Below are positions 20,004 to 28,896 of a DNA stretch of 64,000 nucleotides, piece by piece. The notes below the pieces were generated by a model. That model was not told where the DNA came from and made no database searches. It saw only the letters and a list, made by a program, of their open reading frames with translations. Positions within the stretch are counted from its first letter, which is position 1; each line of letters starts with the position of its first letter. A program made the translations under genes and the position numbers. Origin of the DNA: Opitutaceae bacterium (GTDB lineage: Bacteria > Verrucomicrobiota > Verrucomicrobiia > Opitutales > Opitutaceae); the NCBI GenBank assembly GCA_044344465.1, contig JBIJCX010000004.1, forward strand, positions 4,804-68,803, written 5' to 3'.

Positions 20004-20783
20004 TTAGTTTTCCGCCTGAGGCGGAAAACTCGCGACGACGACTTCCAGGCCCTTGGCGCGGAGCGCCGTGACCAGCGGTTCCGGGGCGGCCGCGTCGGTC
20101 ACGATGACGTCGACCGCCGAAAAGTCGGACAGGAAGAACGTCGAGCGGCGCCCAAACTTCGTGTGGTCAAAACAGAAGATCACCTTGGCCGCACCGGCGA
20201 TCATCGCGCGCTGGATGTCGACCAGCAGCGCGTGCGAGTTGTAGATGCCATCCTCGGTGATGCCGCTGCCGCTCAGGATCGCCACATCGGCGTGCATCCG
20301 CGAAAACGTCTCCACCGCATACGGGCCGACGAGGGTGCCGAGCCGCGGATAGACGACCCCGCCCGACAACACCACTTCGTGACGATGCGAGACCGAGAAC
20401 AGGTTCGCCACCGGCAGCGAGTTGGTGATAATCTGGGCCACCTTGTCCTCAAGCCGCTTCGCGACGTGAAAGCAGGTCGTGCCGCTGTCGATGATGACGT
20501 TTTGGCCCGGCTGGACGAGCCCCGCGCAGGCCTCGCCGATCAGCTCTTTCTCGGCGACTTGATACGTGTCGCGCACATTGAAAACAAACTCGTCCGTCTT
20601 CGGTTGGAGCGTGCGAGCCCCGCCATGCGTCCGACGAACCGAGCGGTTCGACTCCAAAGCCGCCAAGTCCCGCCGAACCGTCGAGATCGAGGCGCCCACC
20701 GTTTGCGCAAGATCCTCCAGTGAAGAAAATTCCACCTTTTGCAGGTAGGCTTCAATCTTCGCCTGGCGCTCTTCGGGCTGCAT
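20004..20783 (-). CDS. DeoR/GlpR-family regulator of the PVM microcompartment locus
   Basis: STVRRDL HTH, RTHGGA, IDSGTT, ITNSL, DHTKFG; divergent from BMC operon. Confidence 0.92.
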   Translation of the reverse strand: MQPEERQAKIEAYLQKVEFSSLEDLAQTVGASISTVRRDLAALESNRSVRRTHGGARTLQPKTDEFVFNVRDTYQVAEKELIGEACAGLVQPGQNVIIDSGTTCFHVAKRLEDKVAQIITNSLPVANLFSVSHRHEVVLSGGVVYPRLGTLVGPYAVETFSRMHADVAILSGSGITEDGIYNSHALLVDIQRAMIAGAAKVIFCFDHTKFGRRSTFFLSDFSAVDVIVTDAAAPEPLVTALRAKGLEVVVASFPPQAEN

Positions 20784-20787
20784 GGTC

Positions 20788-20861
20788 TTGGAATCTTTTG
20801 GAAGATTCTGGAAGAATATGCAACCGAAACCTTGACACCTTGGACGATTTCTCGCGTTAAT
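20788..20861 (+). promoter_or_regulatory. Candidate BMC operon promoter with three 10-bp direct repeats
   Basis: ttggaatctt/ttggaagatt/ctggaagaat (20788-20817), TTGACA at 20832, GTTAAT at 20856. Confidence 0.55.
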
Positions 20862-20886
20862 CGGCCTGTTTCAGCCATCGTATTCC

Positions 20887-21564
20887 ATGTCCTTGCCACC
20901 GCCATCACCACACAAGGTCGAGATTGAGCATCTCGTTCGGCGGGCGATTTACCAGCGTCTTGGTCGCGCTCTGCCGCGGACCGCGCAGGCGCCAAATCCC
21001 CTGCTGGTGAACATCAGCGCGCGCCATTGCCATCTGTCGCCGGAGGCGGTGGAGGCCCTCTTTGGCCCGGGCGCGAAGCTCACCCCGATGAAGTGGCTCT
21101 ACCAAAAGGCCCAGTTCGCGGCGAAGGAGACCGTGACGCTGATTGGCCCGCGCAGCCGCGTGATTTCGAATCTCCGCATCCTGGGCCCGTGCCGCGATTT
21201 CAATCAGATCGAACTCGCGCTGACGGATTCCATCTCGCTCGGCTTCGATGTTCCGATCCGCTCCTCGGGCAACATTGCGGGCACGCCCAATTGCATGCTG
21301 ATGGGGCCGGCGGGTTTTTTTGAAATGAAGGAAGGGGTCATTCGCGCCGCCCCGCACGTGCACATGCATCCCGACGACGCCGCGTTCTACGGCGTGAAGA
21401 ATGGCGACTACATGCGCCTCCGCGTGGGCGGACCGTGCGCGATGACGTTCGACCGGCTGCTCGTGCGCATCCATCCCGACTTCAAGCTCGAGGTCCACAT
21501 CGATACCGACGAGGGCAACGCGTGCGCGCTGCGGCCCGACACCCCGGTCGAACTGCTGCAGTAA
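20887..21564 (+). CDS. pduL: PduL-family phosphate acyltransferase with N-terminal encapsulation peptide
   Basis: ISARHCHL, QFAAKETV, RILGP, PHVHM, HIDTDEGNA; amphipathic VEIEHLVRRAIYQRL. Confidence 0.93.
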   Translation: MSLPPPSPHKVEIEHLVRRAIYQRLGRALPRTAQAPNPLLVNISARHCHLSPEAVEALFGPGAKLTPMKWLYQKAQFAAKETVTLIGPRSRVISNLRILGPCRDFNQIELALTDSISLGFDVPIRSSGNIAGTPNCMLMGPAGFFEMKEGVIRAAPHVHMHPDDAAFYGVKNGDYMRLRVGGPCAMTFDRLLVRIHPDFKLEVHIDTDEGNACALRPDTPVELLQ

Positions 21565-21584
21565 GCCCGCCGTATCGCTTCGAT

Positions 21585-21619
21585 TCTCAGCCCTCAGCCA
21601 TCAGCTCCCAGCTCTCAAC
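21585..21619. repeat. Solo 7-nt periodic arm (same family as 7382-7498)
   Basis: tctcagccctcagccatcagctcccagctctcaac. Confidence 0.6.
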
Positions 21620-21644
21620 CAACCTCCTCACCCAATAAATCATC

Positions 21645-21914
21645 ATGAATGAGTCCATCGGCATGGTAGAAACCCGTGGCTATGTAGGCAGCGTCGAAGC
21701 CAGCGACGCCATGGTCAAAGCGGCGAACGTCTCCCTCGTTCGCCAAATCCAAATCGGCGGTGGCTTTGTCACCGTCGTGGTCAAAGGCGACGTCGGCAGC
21801 GTGAAAGCCGCGGTCGAGGCCGGCTCGGAGGCCGCCAAGCGCGTGGGCGAGCTCGTCTGCTCGCACGTCATCGCCCGTCCGCATCCGGAGCTGCTCCGCG
21901 CGGTCGGTCTCTGA
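21645..21914 (+). CDS. BMC-H shell hexamer protein
   Basis: IGMVETRG, DAMVKAANV, GDVGSVKAAV, HVIARPH. Confidence 0.95.
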   Translation: MNESIGMVETRGYVGSVEASDAMVKAANVSLVRQIQIGGGFVTVVVKGDVGSVKAAVEAGSEAAKRVGELVCSHVIARPHPELLRAVGL

Positions 21915-21992
21915 TTCGCCCGCTTTTCTCCAATCGCAAGAATTGAATCTCAAATCTCTAACCTGAGCTCTCTGCTCTAACCTATTCTCCCC

Positions 21993-22286
21993 ATGTCACA
22001 GGAAGCAGTCGGAATGATTGAAACCAAGGGCCTCTGCGCGCTGCTCGAGGCCGCTGATTCAGCCCTCAAGGCGGCCAGCGTCACGATGACCGGCTACGAA
22101 GCGGTCGGCAGCGGCTATGTGTGCGCGTTTTTCCGCGGCGACGTCGCCGCGGTCAAGGCCGCCATCGACGCCGCCGCTGAAGCCGCCTCGAAAGTCGGCG
22201 AAGTCGTCGCCGTCCAGGTGATCCCGCGTCCGCACGAGGAACTCAGCGGTCTCGGAAAGTGGCTCAGCCAGCCGTCCGGCTCCTGA
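21993..22286 (+). CDS. BMC-H shell hexamer protein
   Basis: [31 protein letters not shown]. Confidence 0.95.
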   Translation: MSQEAVGMIETKGLCALLEAADSALKAASVTMTGYEAVGSGYVCAFFRGDVAAVKAAIDAAAEAASKVGEVVAVQVIPRPHEELSGLGKWLSQPSGS

Positions 22287-22310
22287 GGCGGCAACGGAAA
22301 CCGACCAGTT

Positions 22311-22406
22311 TGTCATTCTGCGCAACGCGAAGAATCCATCCGGAGATTTGCATTTCGCACCCGCATCGTGAGTCCTCTTGGATTCTTCGCTGCGCTCAGA
22401 ATGACA
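22311..22406. repeat. TGTCAT-ended inverted repeat element
   Basis: tgtcattctgcgcaacgcgaagaatcca / tggattcttcgctgcgctcagaatgaca. Confidence 0.8.
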
Positions 22407-22462
22407 GATCATTGGGGTTTTCACTCGAACTCATTGCTCCGCTTTCTCCCCGCCTTGGTTCG

Positions 22463-23656
22463 ATGAACATCCTCGTCGCCAATCTCGGATCGACGTCGTT
22501 CAAGTTCCGTCTGTTTCGCTTCGACGGAGCGGAGGCGCCGGTGCTGCTCGCCAAGGGCGGCTACGAGCGCGTGAACGATTTCGGCCAGGCGATCGACAGC
22601 TGTCTGGCCGAGCTCCAGGCTGGCGGCCACGTGCGCTCGGCCGCCGACGTTCACGGTGTCGGTTTCAAAGCCGTGCTCGGCAAGAATCTCTCCGGGTGCG
22701 TCCGCGCCGACGCCCGGGTGATCGCCGCGCTGGAAGGGTTCAAGGAGGTCGCGCCCGCGCACAATCCGGCGTATGCCGCCGGCATTCAGCGCTTCGGGGA
22801 GAAACTACCGGGGGTTCCGCTGGTCGCGCTTTTCGAGACGGCGTTCTACCAATGGGTGCCGGACGCCGCGACGCGCTACGCGGTGCCCGAGGCTTGGTTC
22901 CAGGCGGGAGTGCGCCGCTACGGCTTCCACGGCGCCAGCCACAAATTCGTCGCCGAGCGATCCGCCGAACTCCTCGGTCGCGACGACATCGCGGATCGCG
23001 TCCGCCAACTTTACCAGGCCGGTCCCACGCCGCTCGCTCTCGGCCAGCCGCCGCTCCGCGTCATCTCGTGCCATCTCGGTGGCAGCAGCTCGGTCACGGG
23101 CATGCGCGACGGCATCGCCATCGGCACCAGCATGGGCCTGAGCCCGCAGTCCGGCCTGCCGCAGAACAACCGCGTGGGTGATCTCGATTCCGCGGCCGTG
23201 CCTTACGTGATGAAGACTCTCGGCCTTTCGCTCGCCGAGGTCGAACGCCAGATGACGAAGGAGGGCGGGCTGCTCGGTCTCTCCGGCGTCGGCAATGACA
23301 TGCGTGACATCCGCGCCGCCGCCGCCCAGGGCAACGCGCGCGCCCGCGTGGCACTCGATGTTTTCGTCCACTCGACGCGCCACTGGATGGGGGCGTTCCT
23401 GCTCGAGCTCAATGGCGGCGATGCCCTCGTGTTCACGGGCGGGATCGGCGAAAACAACCCTGATTTGCGCGCCGCGATTTGCGCCAACCTCGATCAGTTC
23501 GGCATCCAAATCGATCCGGCCCGGAACGCTGCGCTCCGCGGCACCGAGGGTGAAATCTCCGCGGCGGGCTCGCGCGTGAAATTGTTCGTCATCCCCGCCA
23601 ACGAGGAGCTCGTTGTCGCCCGGGAAACCGTGCGCTGCATCGCGGCGCAAACGTGA
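22463..23656 (+). CDS. ackA: Acetate/propionate kinase family (BMC-associated acyl kinase)
   Basis: NLGSTSFK, RRYGFHGASH, CHLGGSSS, TSMGLSP, FTGGIGEN, PANEE. Confidence 0.9.
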   Translation: MNILVANLGSTSFKFRLFRFDGAEAPVLLAKGGYERVNDFGQAIDSCLAELQAGGHVRSAADVHGVGFKAVLGKNLSGCVRADARVIAALEGFKEVAPAHNPAYAAGIQRFGEKLPGVPLVALFETAFYQWVPDAATRYAVPEAWFQAGVRRYGFHGASHKFVAERSAELLGRDDIADRVRQLYQAGPTPLALGQPPLRVISCHLGGSSSVTGMRDGIAIGTSMGLSPQSGLPQNNRVGDLDSAAVPYVMKTLGLSLAEVERQMTKEGGLLGLSGVGNDMRDIRAAAAQGNARARVALDVFVHSTRHWMGAFLLELNGGDALVFTGGIGENNPDLRAAICANLDQFGIQIDPARNAALRGTEGEISAAGSRVKLFVIPANEELVVARETVRCIAAQT

Positions 23657-23694
23657 TCATGCGTTCAATTCCGATCCTTTCATCTCTCGTCCAC

Positions 23695-23767
23695 TGTAGG
23701 AGCGGCTTTACGCCGCGATGCAGGACTTTCCGATTTGCCTCGGTCGCGGCATAAAGCCGCTCCTACA
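23695..23767. repeat. GTAG REP doublet (REPIN-like)
   Basis: tGTAGgagcggctttacgccgcga / tcgcggcataaagccgctcCTACa. Confidence 0.85.
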
Positions 23768-23815
23768 CCGACCGTGCTACCGATTTTTCAACCGCAACCT
23801 CCAACTCAAACAATT

Positions 23816-24118
23816 ATGCCCTCCAAAGCCATCGGCCTCCTCGAAACCCGCGGCCTCATTGCCCTCGTCACCGGGACTGACGCCATGCTCAAGTCCGCCA
23901 ACGTCACGCTCGCCGGCCCCATGAAACAGGTCGGTAACGCGCTGGTCACCGCCGTCGTGATCGGCGACGTCGCCGCCGTCAAGGCCGCCACCGACGCCGG
24001 CGCCCAGGCCGCCCGCGCCGTCGGCGAAGTGGTCAGCGTGCAGGTCATTCCGCGCCCGCATGACGACGTCGCCGTCGTGCTGCCGAAGCTGCCCGCCGCC
24101 ACGCCCGCGAAGAAATAA
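23816..24118 (+). CDS. BMC-H shell hexamer protein
   Basis: [32 protein letters not shown]. Confidence 0.95.
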   Translation: MPSKAIGLLETRGLIALVTGTDAMLKSANVTLAGPMKQVGNALVTAVVIGDVAAVKAATDAGAQAARAVGEVVSVQVIPRPHDDVAVVLPKLPAATPAKK

Positions 24119-24125
24119 GCGGATT

Positions 24126-24177
24126 GTCCCTGCGCTTGCGCGCAGGGCTACGTAGCCCGCCGCGTGAGCGGCGGGAC
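24126..24177. repeat. REP family A, two units joined CTAC|GTAG
   Basis: gtccctgcgcttgcgcgcagggCTAC GTAGcccgccgcgtgagcggcgggac. Confidence 0.8.
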
Positions 24178-24218
24178 TGGAAACGCACCTCGTCCGTTCG
24201 CCCTCGACCCAATCCACC

Positions 24219-24530
24219 ATGTTCCTCGCACGCGTCATCGGCTCCGTCGTCTCGACCAAGAAAGACGAGGCGATGAAGGGTCGCAAACTCGTCGTCCTCC
24301 GGCCACTGCTCGTGGACGAATCCAATCCGGCCCAGTTCCGCTCCGGCGCCAACACGATCGTCGCGGTTGATTCGCTCGGCGCCGGCCTGGATGAATTGGT
24401 CCTCTTCTGCCAGGGCAGCTCGGCGCGCCAGGCCACCGGCATGAAAACGCTGCCCGTTGATGCCGTCATCGTCGGCATTGTCGATGCCGTCGATGTGCTG
24501 AATCAGAAAATCTATCCGGCGAAGCAATAA
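24219..24530 (+). CDS. BMC-P vertex protein (EutN/CcmL)
   Basis: MFLARVIGSVVSTKK, VAVDSLGAG, GSSAR, DAVIVGIVD. Confidence 0.95.
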   Translation: MFLARVIGSVVSTKKDEAMKGRKLVVLRPLLVDESNPAQFRSGANTIVAVDSLGAGLDELVLFCQGSSARQATGMKTLPVDAVIVGIVDAVDVLNQKIYPAKQ

Positions 24531-24555
24531 CAGGCTGAGAAAGCAACCCTTCACC

Positions 24556-26049
24556 ATGAGCACCTCTCTCCAACTCGATGAGCAGGCCCTGCGCGCCATC
24601 GTCGAGGACGTAATGCGCAGCCTCAGTCGCTCGCCGGTCATCTCGCCCGCGCCGGCGCCGTCAGCCTCGCCAGCGTCCGCCAGTTCCGGCGGCGCCCCCC
24701 GGATTGCGTCGAAGGGCCCGCGCTACGGCGTCTTCGATGATGTCAAGGAAGCCTGCGCCGCCGCCCAAGACGCGTTCGAGCAGCTCAAGGAAAAGGGCAT
24801 GGCCGGCCGCGCGAAGGTGGTCGAAATCGTCAAGGAGCTCTGCACCGCGAAGGCCGCGGAGTGGGGCAAGTTCGAATTTGAGGAAACCAAGATTGGCCGC
24901 CTCGAGCACAAGATCGAGAAGCTGCAGATCGTGAAACTCGTGCCGGGCGTCGAGTGGCTCCAGCCCCGCGGCATGAGCGGCGACCATGGCATCACGATGG
25001 AGGAGCACACGCCCTTCGGCGTCATCGGGGCGATTCTGCCGGTCACCCACTCGATCCCGACCCTGAGCGGCAACGTCATCAACATTATCGCCGCGGGCAA
25101 TGCGGTCGTTTTCAACCCGCATCCCGGCGGAGCGCGCTCGGCCGCGCTCGCGGTGCGGACCTACAACCAGGCGATTCAGGCCGCGCTCGGGATCGAGAAT
25201 CTCGTCTGCACGATCGAGAAGCCATCGATCGAGTCGTTCGACGCGTTGACGAAAAACGAATTCATCCGCCTGCTCTGCATCACGGGCGGCCCGGCCGTGG
25301 TGAACGCCGCGATGAAATCCGGCAAGCGCGCGATCTGCGCCGGTCCCGGCAATCCGCCCGTGATTGTCGATGGCACCGGCTGCATGAAGAAGGCGGCGCG
25401 CGATGTGCTGCAAGGTGGTGGCTTCGACAACAATCTCCTCTGCATCGGGGAAAAGCAGGTGTTCGTCCTCGAGCAATTTGCCGACAAGTTCATCGAGGGT
25501 CTCAAGGCGGGGGGTGCCGTGCAGATCAACGCCGCGCAACTCGACAAGCTCACCGGCGTCGCGTTCACGCTGTCGAAGGACGCCGGCGGTTGTTCGCACG
25601 CCGTGCTCAATCGCAAGCTCGTCGGCGCCGACGCCTCCGTTCTCGCCCAGCATGCCGGCACCAGTGTGCCGGCGAACACCCCGATGCTCTTTGCCGAGAC
25701 CGACGTCGATCACGCCTTCGTGATGGAAGAGCAGATGATGCCGATGCTGCCGGTGGTCCGCGTGAAGAGCATCGAGCAGGGCATCGAGTTCGCCCGGAAA
25801 TCCGAGCACGGCTACAAGCATTCCGCGATCATCCATTCGCTCAATGTCGATCACATGACGCAGATGGCCCGCGCCCTCGACACGACGCTGTTCATCAAGA
25901 ACGGGCCGAGCGTCGCCGGCCTCGGCCTCGGCGGCGAGGGCTACCTCAGCTACTCCATCGCCACGACGACCGGCGAGGGGATCACGACGCCGGAGACGTT
26001 CACCCGCACGCGCCGCTGCGTGATGGTGGACAACCTGCGGATTTACTGA
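24556..26049 (+). CDS. CoA-acylating aldehyde dehydrogenase (EutE/PduP-like) with encapsulation peptide
   Basis: LDEQALRAIVEDVMRSL peptide, PFGVIGAILPVT, TGGPAVV, GPGNPP, FDNNLLCIGEK, TGEGIT. Confidence 0.93.
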   Translation: MSTSLQLDEQALRAIVEDVMRSLSRSPVISPAPAPSASPASASSGGAPRIASKGPRYGVFDDVKEACAAAQDAFEQLKEKGMAGRAKVVEIVKELCTAKAAEWGKFEFEETKIGRLEHKIEKLQIVKLVPGVEWLQPRGMSGDHGITMEEHTPFGVIGAILPVTHSIPTLSGNVINIIAAGNAVVFNPHPGGARSAALAVRTYNQAIQAALGIENLVCTIEKPSIESFDALTKNEFIRLLCITGGPAVVNAAMKSGKRAICAGPGNPPVIVDGTGCMKKAARDVLQGGGFDNNLLCIGEKQVFVLEQFADKFIEGLKAGGAVQINAAQLDKLTGVAFTLSKDAGGCSHAVLNRKLVGADASVLAQHAGTSVPANTPMLFAETDVDHAFVMEEQMMPMLPVVRVKSIEQGIEFARKSEHGYKHSAIIHSLNVDHMTQMARALDTTLFIKNGPSVAGLGLGGEGYLSYSIATTTGEGITTPETFTRTRRCVMVDNLRIY

Positions 26050-26052
26050 GCC

Positions 26053-26337
26053 ATGATCCTCGCGCGCGTCGACGGTGTCGTCGTTACGACCATCTGCCAC
26101 CCAAGTCTGGTGGGTTGCCGATCCGTGATCTGCCAGCCCCTCGATGGTCAGGGTCGGGAGGAGGGTCCGCCGATCCTCGCCATCGATTCGCAGGGCGCGG
26201 GCCAGCATGAACGCGTGCTCATTTCGACCGATGGCTCCCACACGCGCGAGCACGTCAAGGATCCACGATCGCCGCTGCGCAACATGATCGTCGCGATCGT
26301 GGACGAGCCGGAAAAGAAGAGGGCCTCTCTTTCCTAA
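26053..26337 (+). CDS. BMC-P vertex protein (EutN/CcmL)
   Basis: MILARVDGVVVTT, LAIDSQGAG, IVAIVD. Confidence 0.9.
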   Translation: MILARVDGVVVTTICHPSLVGCRSVICQPLDGQGREEGPPILAIDSQGAGQHERVLISTDGSHTREHVKDPRSPLRNMIVAIVDEPEKKRASLS

Positions 26338-26633
26338 TGCGCCTGGGCCACGTCATCGGTCGCGTCACGCTCTGCAAGCAGGATCCCGCCTATAAGGGCG
26401 GCCGCTTCCTGCTCGTGCAGCCGTTCACGAAGGCACAGTTCCAGGGGGCGCCGATGACCCCGCTCGCGAAAGGCAGCAGCCTGGTGGTGTACGACAACCT
26501 CGGCGCCGGTCTCGGCCACATCATCGGTTTCACCGAGGGCGCGGAAGCGACCGCGCCCTTCGAGAATCCCACCCCGGTCGACGCGTTCAACGCTGCGATC
26601 ATCGACCAGATTTTCTACACGCCACCAACTTGA
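26337..26633 (+). CDS. BMC-P vertex protein (EutN/CcmL)
   Basis: MRLGHVIGRVTL, VVYDNLGAG, EGAEA, DAFNAAIID. Confidence 0.9.
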   Translation: MRLGHVIGRVTLCKQDPAYKGGRFLLVQPFTKAQFQGAPMTPLAKGSSLVVYDNLGAGLGHIIGFTEGAEATAPFENPTPVDAFNAAIIDQIFYTPPT

Positions 26634-26637
26634 ACCC

Positions 26638-26670
26638 GCTTAAAGCTCAAAGCTTAAAGCCTTAAGCCTT
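26638..26670. repeat. 7-nt periodic tandem tract
   Basis: gcttaaagctcaaagcttaaagccttaagcctt. Confidence 0.6.
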
Positions 26671-26675
26671 CCACC

Positions 26676-27758
26676 ATGGCCAAAGTCATCACCGCTCGCG
26701 AAGCCGAGGAACTCCTGCGCAAAGGCGAGCTGCCGCCTGCCGGCGCCATCCTCACGCCATCCGCCCGCGACGTCTTTAGCGGCCGCGTGAAGCCCCTTTT
26801 CAAGGGTTCCACGGGCGCAGGATCGAGTGCCACCGCCGCGAAGAAACCCGTTGAACCCAGTGTGCCCGACTACGAGTTCAAGTGGACGCCGGGTACGGAT
26901 CCGAAGACCCCCGCGGAGATCGAAAAATATTTCAACTCCCCCGCGCTCAATGTGCTCAAGGAGCGGATGTGCGACATCGGCCGCCGCCTCTGGCAGCGCG
27001 ACTACACCGACGGCAACGGCGGCAACATCACGATCCGGGTCGGCGACAACCTCGCGCTCTGCACGCCCACGCTGATCTGCAAGGGTTTCATGACGCCCGC
27101 GGACATGTGCCTGGTCGATCTCGACGGCAAGCAGCTCGCCGGCGCGCGCAAGCGCACGAGCGAGGCGATGACGCACTTTGGCATCATGAAGCGCCAGCCC
27201 GCGGCCAAGTCCTGCGTGCACGCCCATCCGCCGCACGCGACCGCGTTTGCCATCGCCAAAGTCGACATTCCCTCCTGCCTGATCCCCGAGGCCGAGGTGT
27301 TTCTTGGCAAGATTGGCGTCGCGAAATACCAGACGCCCGGAACGCCGGCGAATGCCGACGAGGTCGGCGAGGTCGGCAAGATCCACCAGGCCGTCCTGAT
27401 GCAGAACCACGGTGTCATCGTCTGGGGCAAGGACGTCGAGGACGCGTATTGGAAAATGGAGAACATCGATTCCTACTGCCGCACAGTGTGGATCGCCGCG
27501 GGCCTCGGTGGCGGGCTGCATCGCTTCACCGGCGGGCAGGCGAAGGAACTCATTGATCTCCGGCAGAAGCTCGGGATGCCCGATCCGCGCGCCGGCATGA
27601 AGGAATGCGAGCTCTGCGACAGCGCCGACTTCCGTCCCGGCGTGGTGTGCGCGGCGCCCGCGCCGGCGCCCGCCGCCGCGGAGGTGCCATCGGATCCGCA
27701 GATTGAGGCGATCGTCCGGACGATCACCGAACAGATTTTGAAGCAGCTGGCGAAGTAG
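26676..27758 (+). CDS. Class II aldolase (fuculose/rhamnulose-phosphate aldolase-like) with C-terminal encapsulation peptide
   Basis: GNGGNI, TSEAMTH, VHAHPP, NHGV zinc ligands; tail QIEAIVRTITEQILKQL. Confidence 0.9.
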   Translation: MAKVITAREAEELLRKGELPPAGAILTPSARDVFSGRVKPLFKGSTGAGSSATAAKKPVEPSVPDYEFKWTPGTDPKTPAEIEKYFNSPALNVLKERMCDIGRRLWQRDYTDGNGGNITIRVGDNLALCTPTLICKGFMTPADMCLVDLDGKQLAGARKRTSEAMTHFGIMKRQPAAKSCVHAHPPHATAFAIAKVDIPSCLIPEAEVFLGKIGVAKYQTPGTPANADEVGEVGKIHQAVLMQNHGVIVWGKDVEDAYWKMENIDSYCRTVWIAAGLGGGLHRFTGGQAKELIDLRQKLGMPDPRAGMKECELCDSADFRPGVVCAAPAPAPAAAEVPSDPQIEAIVRTITEQILKQLAK

Positions 27759-27828
27759 GTCGGGTCTCTGACCCGACCCTTGGTCAGCGAGACCCGACCC
27801 TTGGGGTCAGGTCGAAGACCTGACCTAC
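27755..27828. repeat. GTAG REP doublet overlapping the aldolase stop codon
   Basis: GTAGgtcgggtctctgacccgac ... gtcaggtcgaagacctgacCTAC. Confidence 0.8.
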
Positions 27829-27852
27829 ATTAGCGTCGCATCCCACACCCAC

Positions 27853-28782
27853 ATGAAAGTTTCCATCATCGGCGGCGGCGGCCGCGTCGGTTCCAACGCC
27901 GCCTTCGCCCTCCAGTGCGCGGGCATCGTATCCGAGATTCAGATTCTCGATACCAACGCCGACATGGCCGAGGGCGAGGCGCTCGATCTTCTGCACGGCT
28001 CGTCGTCGATTGCGGATCAACGGATCTATGCCGGCGACTACGGCCGGGCGAAGGACAGCGATGTTTACGTCATCACCGCCGGCCTGCGCCGCAAGCCCGA
28101 CGAGTCGCGCCTCGATCTCATCAACCGCAACGTCGCGCTGTTTTCCGGCATTCTGGAAAGCATGAAGACGGCGGGTTTTCGGAAGGACGCGCTGATCTTC
28201 GTCGTCTCGAATCCGGTCGACATCCTCACCCAGCTCGCCGCGGCCAAGCTCAAGCTGCCGTGGTCCCAAGTGCTTGGGCTCGGCACGATGCTGGACACGG
28301 CGCGGTTCCGCTCGCTCATCGCGCAGGAGCTGAAGCTCGCGCCGACGCAGGTCAAGGCGCTCATCCTCGGCGAGCACGGCGACTCGATGCTCCCGGTGTG
28401 GTCGTCGGCCACGTACGCCGGACTGCCGCTTGTGAAGGTGCCCGGCTGCACGCCGACGTTTCAGACCCAGATTTTCGAACGCACGAAGGGCAGCGGGGCC
28501 GAGGTGATCCGTCGCAAGGGCGGGGCGGGTTGGGCGGTCGGACTGACGATTGCCGAGGTCATCCACGCGATTGCGCACGACAAGCGCCAGGTGCTGCCCG
28601 TTTCCACCGTGCAGCAGGGCGCCTACGGCCTGAAGGGCATCGCGCTCAGCGTCCCGACCGTGGTCGGTCGCGCCGGCGCGCTCGCGCACCTCGAGGTCGA
28701 ACTCTGGCCCAAGGAGCAGCAGGCCCTGCAAGCCTCGGCCCGGGCCTTGAACGAGACGTTTGCGAAGGTGAAGGCGGGGTGA
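27853..28782 (+). CDS. Lactate/malate dehydrogenase family protein (BMC locus)
   Basis: IIGGGGRVG, AGLRRKPDESRLDL, VSNPVD, GTMLDTARFR, GEHGDS. Confidence 0.92.
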   Translation: MKVSIIGGGGRVGSNAAFALQCAGIVSEIQILDTNADMAEGEALDLLHGSSSIADQRIYAGDYGRAKDSDVYVITAGLRRKPDESRLDLINRNVALFSGILESMKTAGFRKDALIFVVSNPVDILTQLAAAKLKLPWSQVLGLGTMLDTARFRSLIAQELKLAPTQVKALILGEHGDSMLPVWSSATYAGLPLVKVPGCTPTFQTQIFERTKGSGAEVIRRKGGAGWAVGLTIAEVIHAIAHDKRQVLPVSTVQQGAYGLKGIALSVPTVVGRAGALAHLEVELWPKEQQALQASARALNETFAKVKAG

Positions 28783-28896
28783 CTTGGCATTGGAACCCGA
28801 GCTTGTGCGCTGCCGGTTCAGCTGTAGCTTGAGCGCATGTCAATTACGCGCGTTTCTCTGCTCGACGCCGCTGCATTCGAAATCTGAATCACCTTC

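Noticed and set aside
21945-21985. Weak heptamer-like tract aatctca/aatctct
   Set aside because: Too short and degenerate to call
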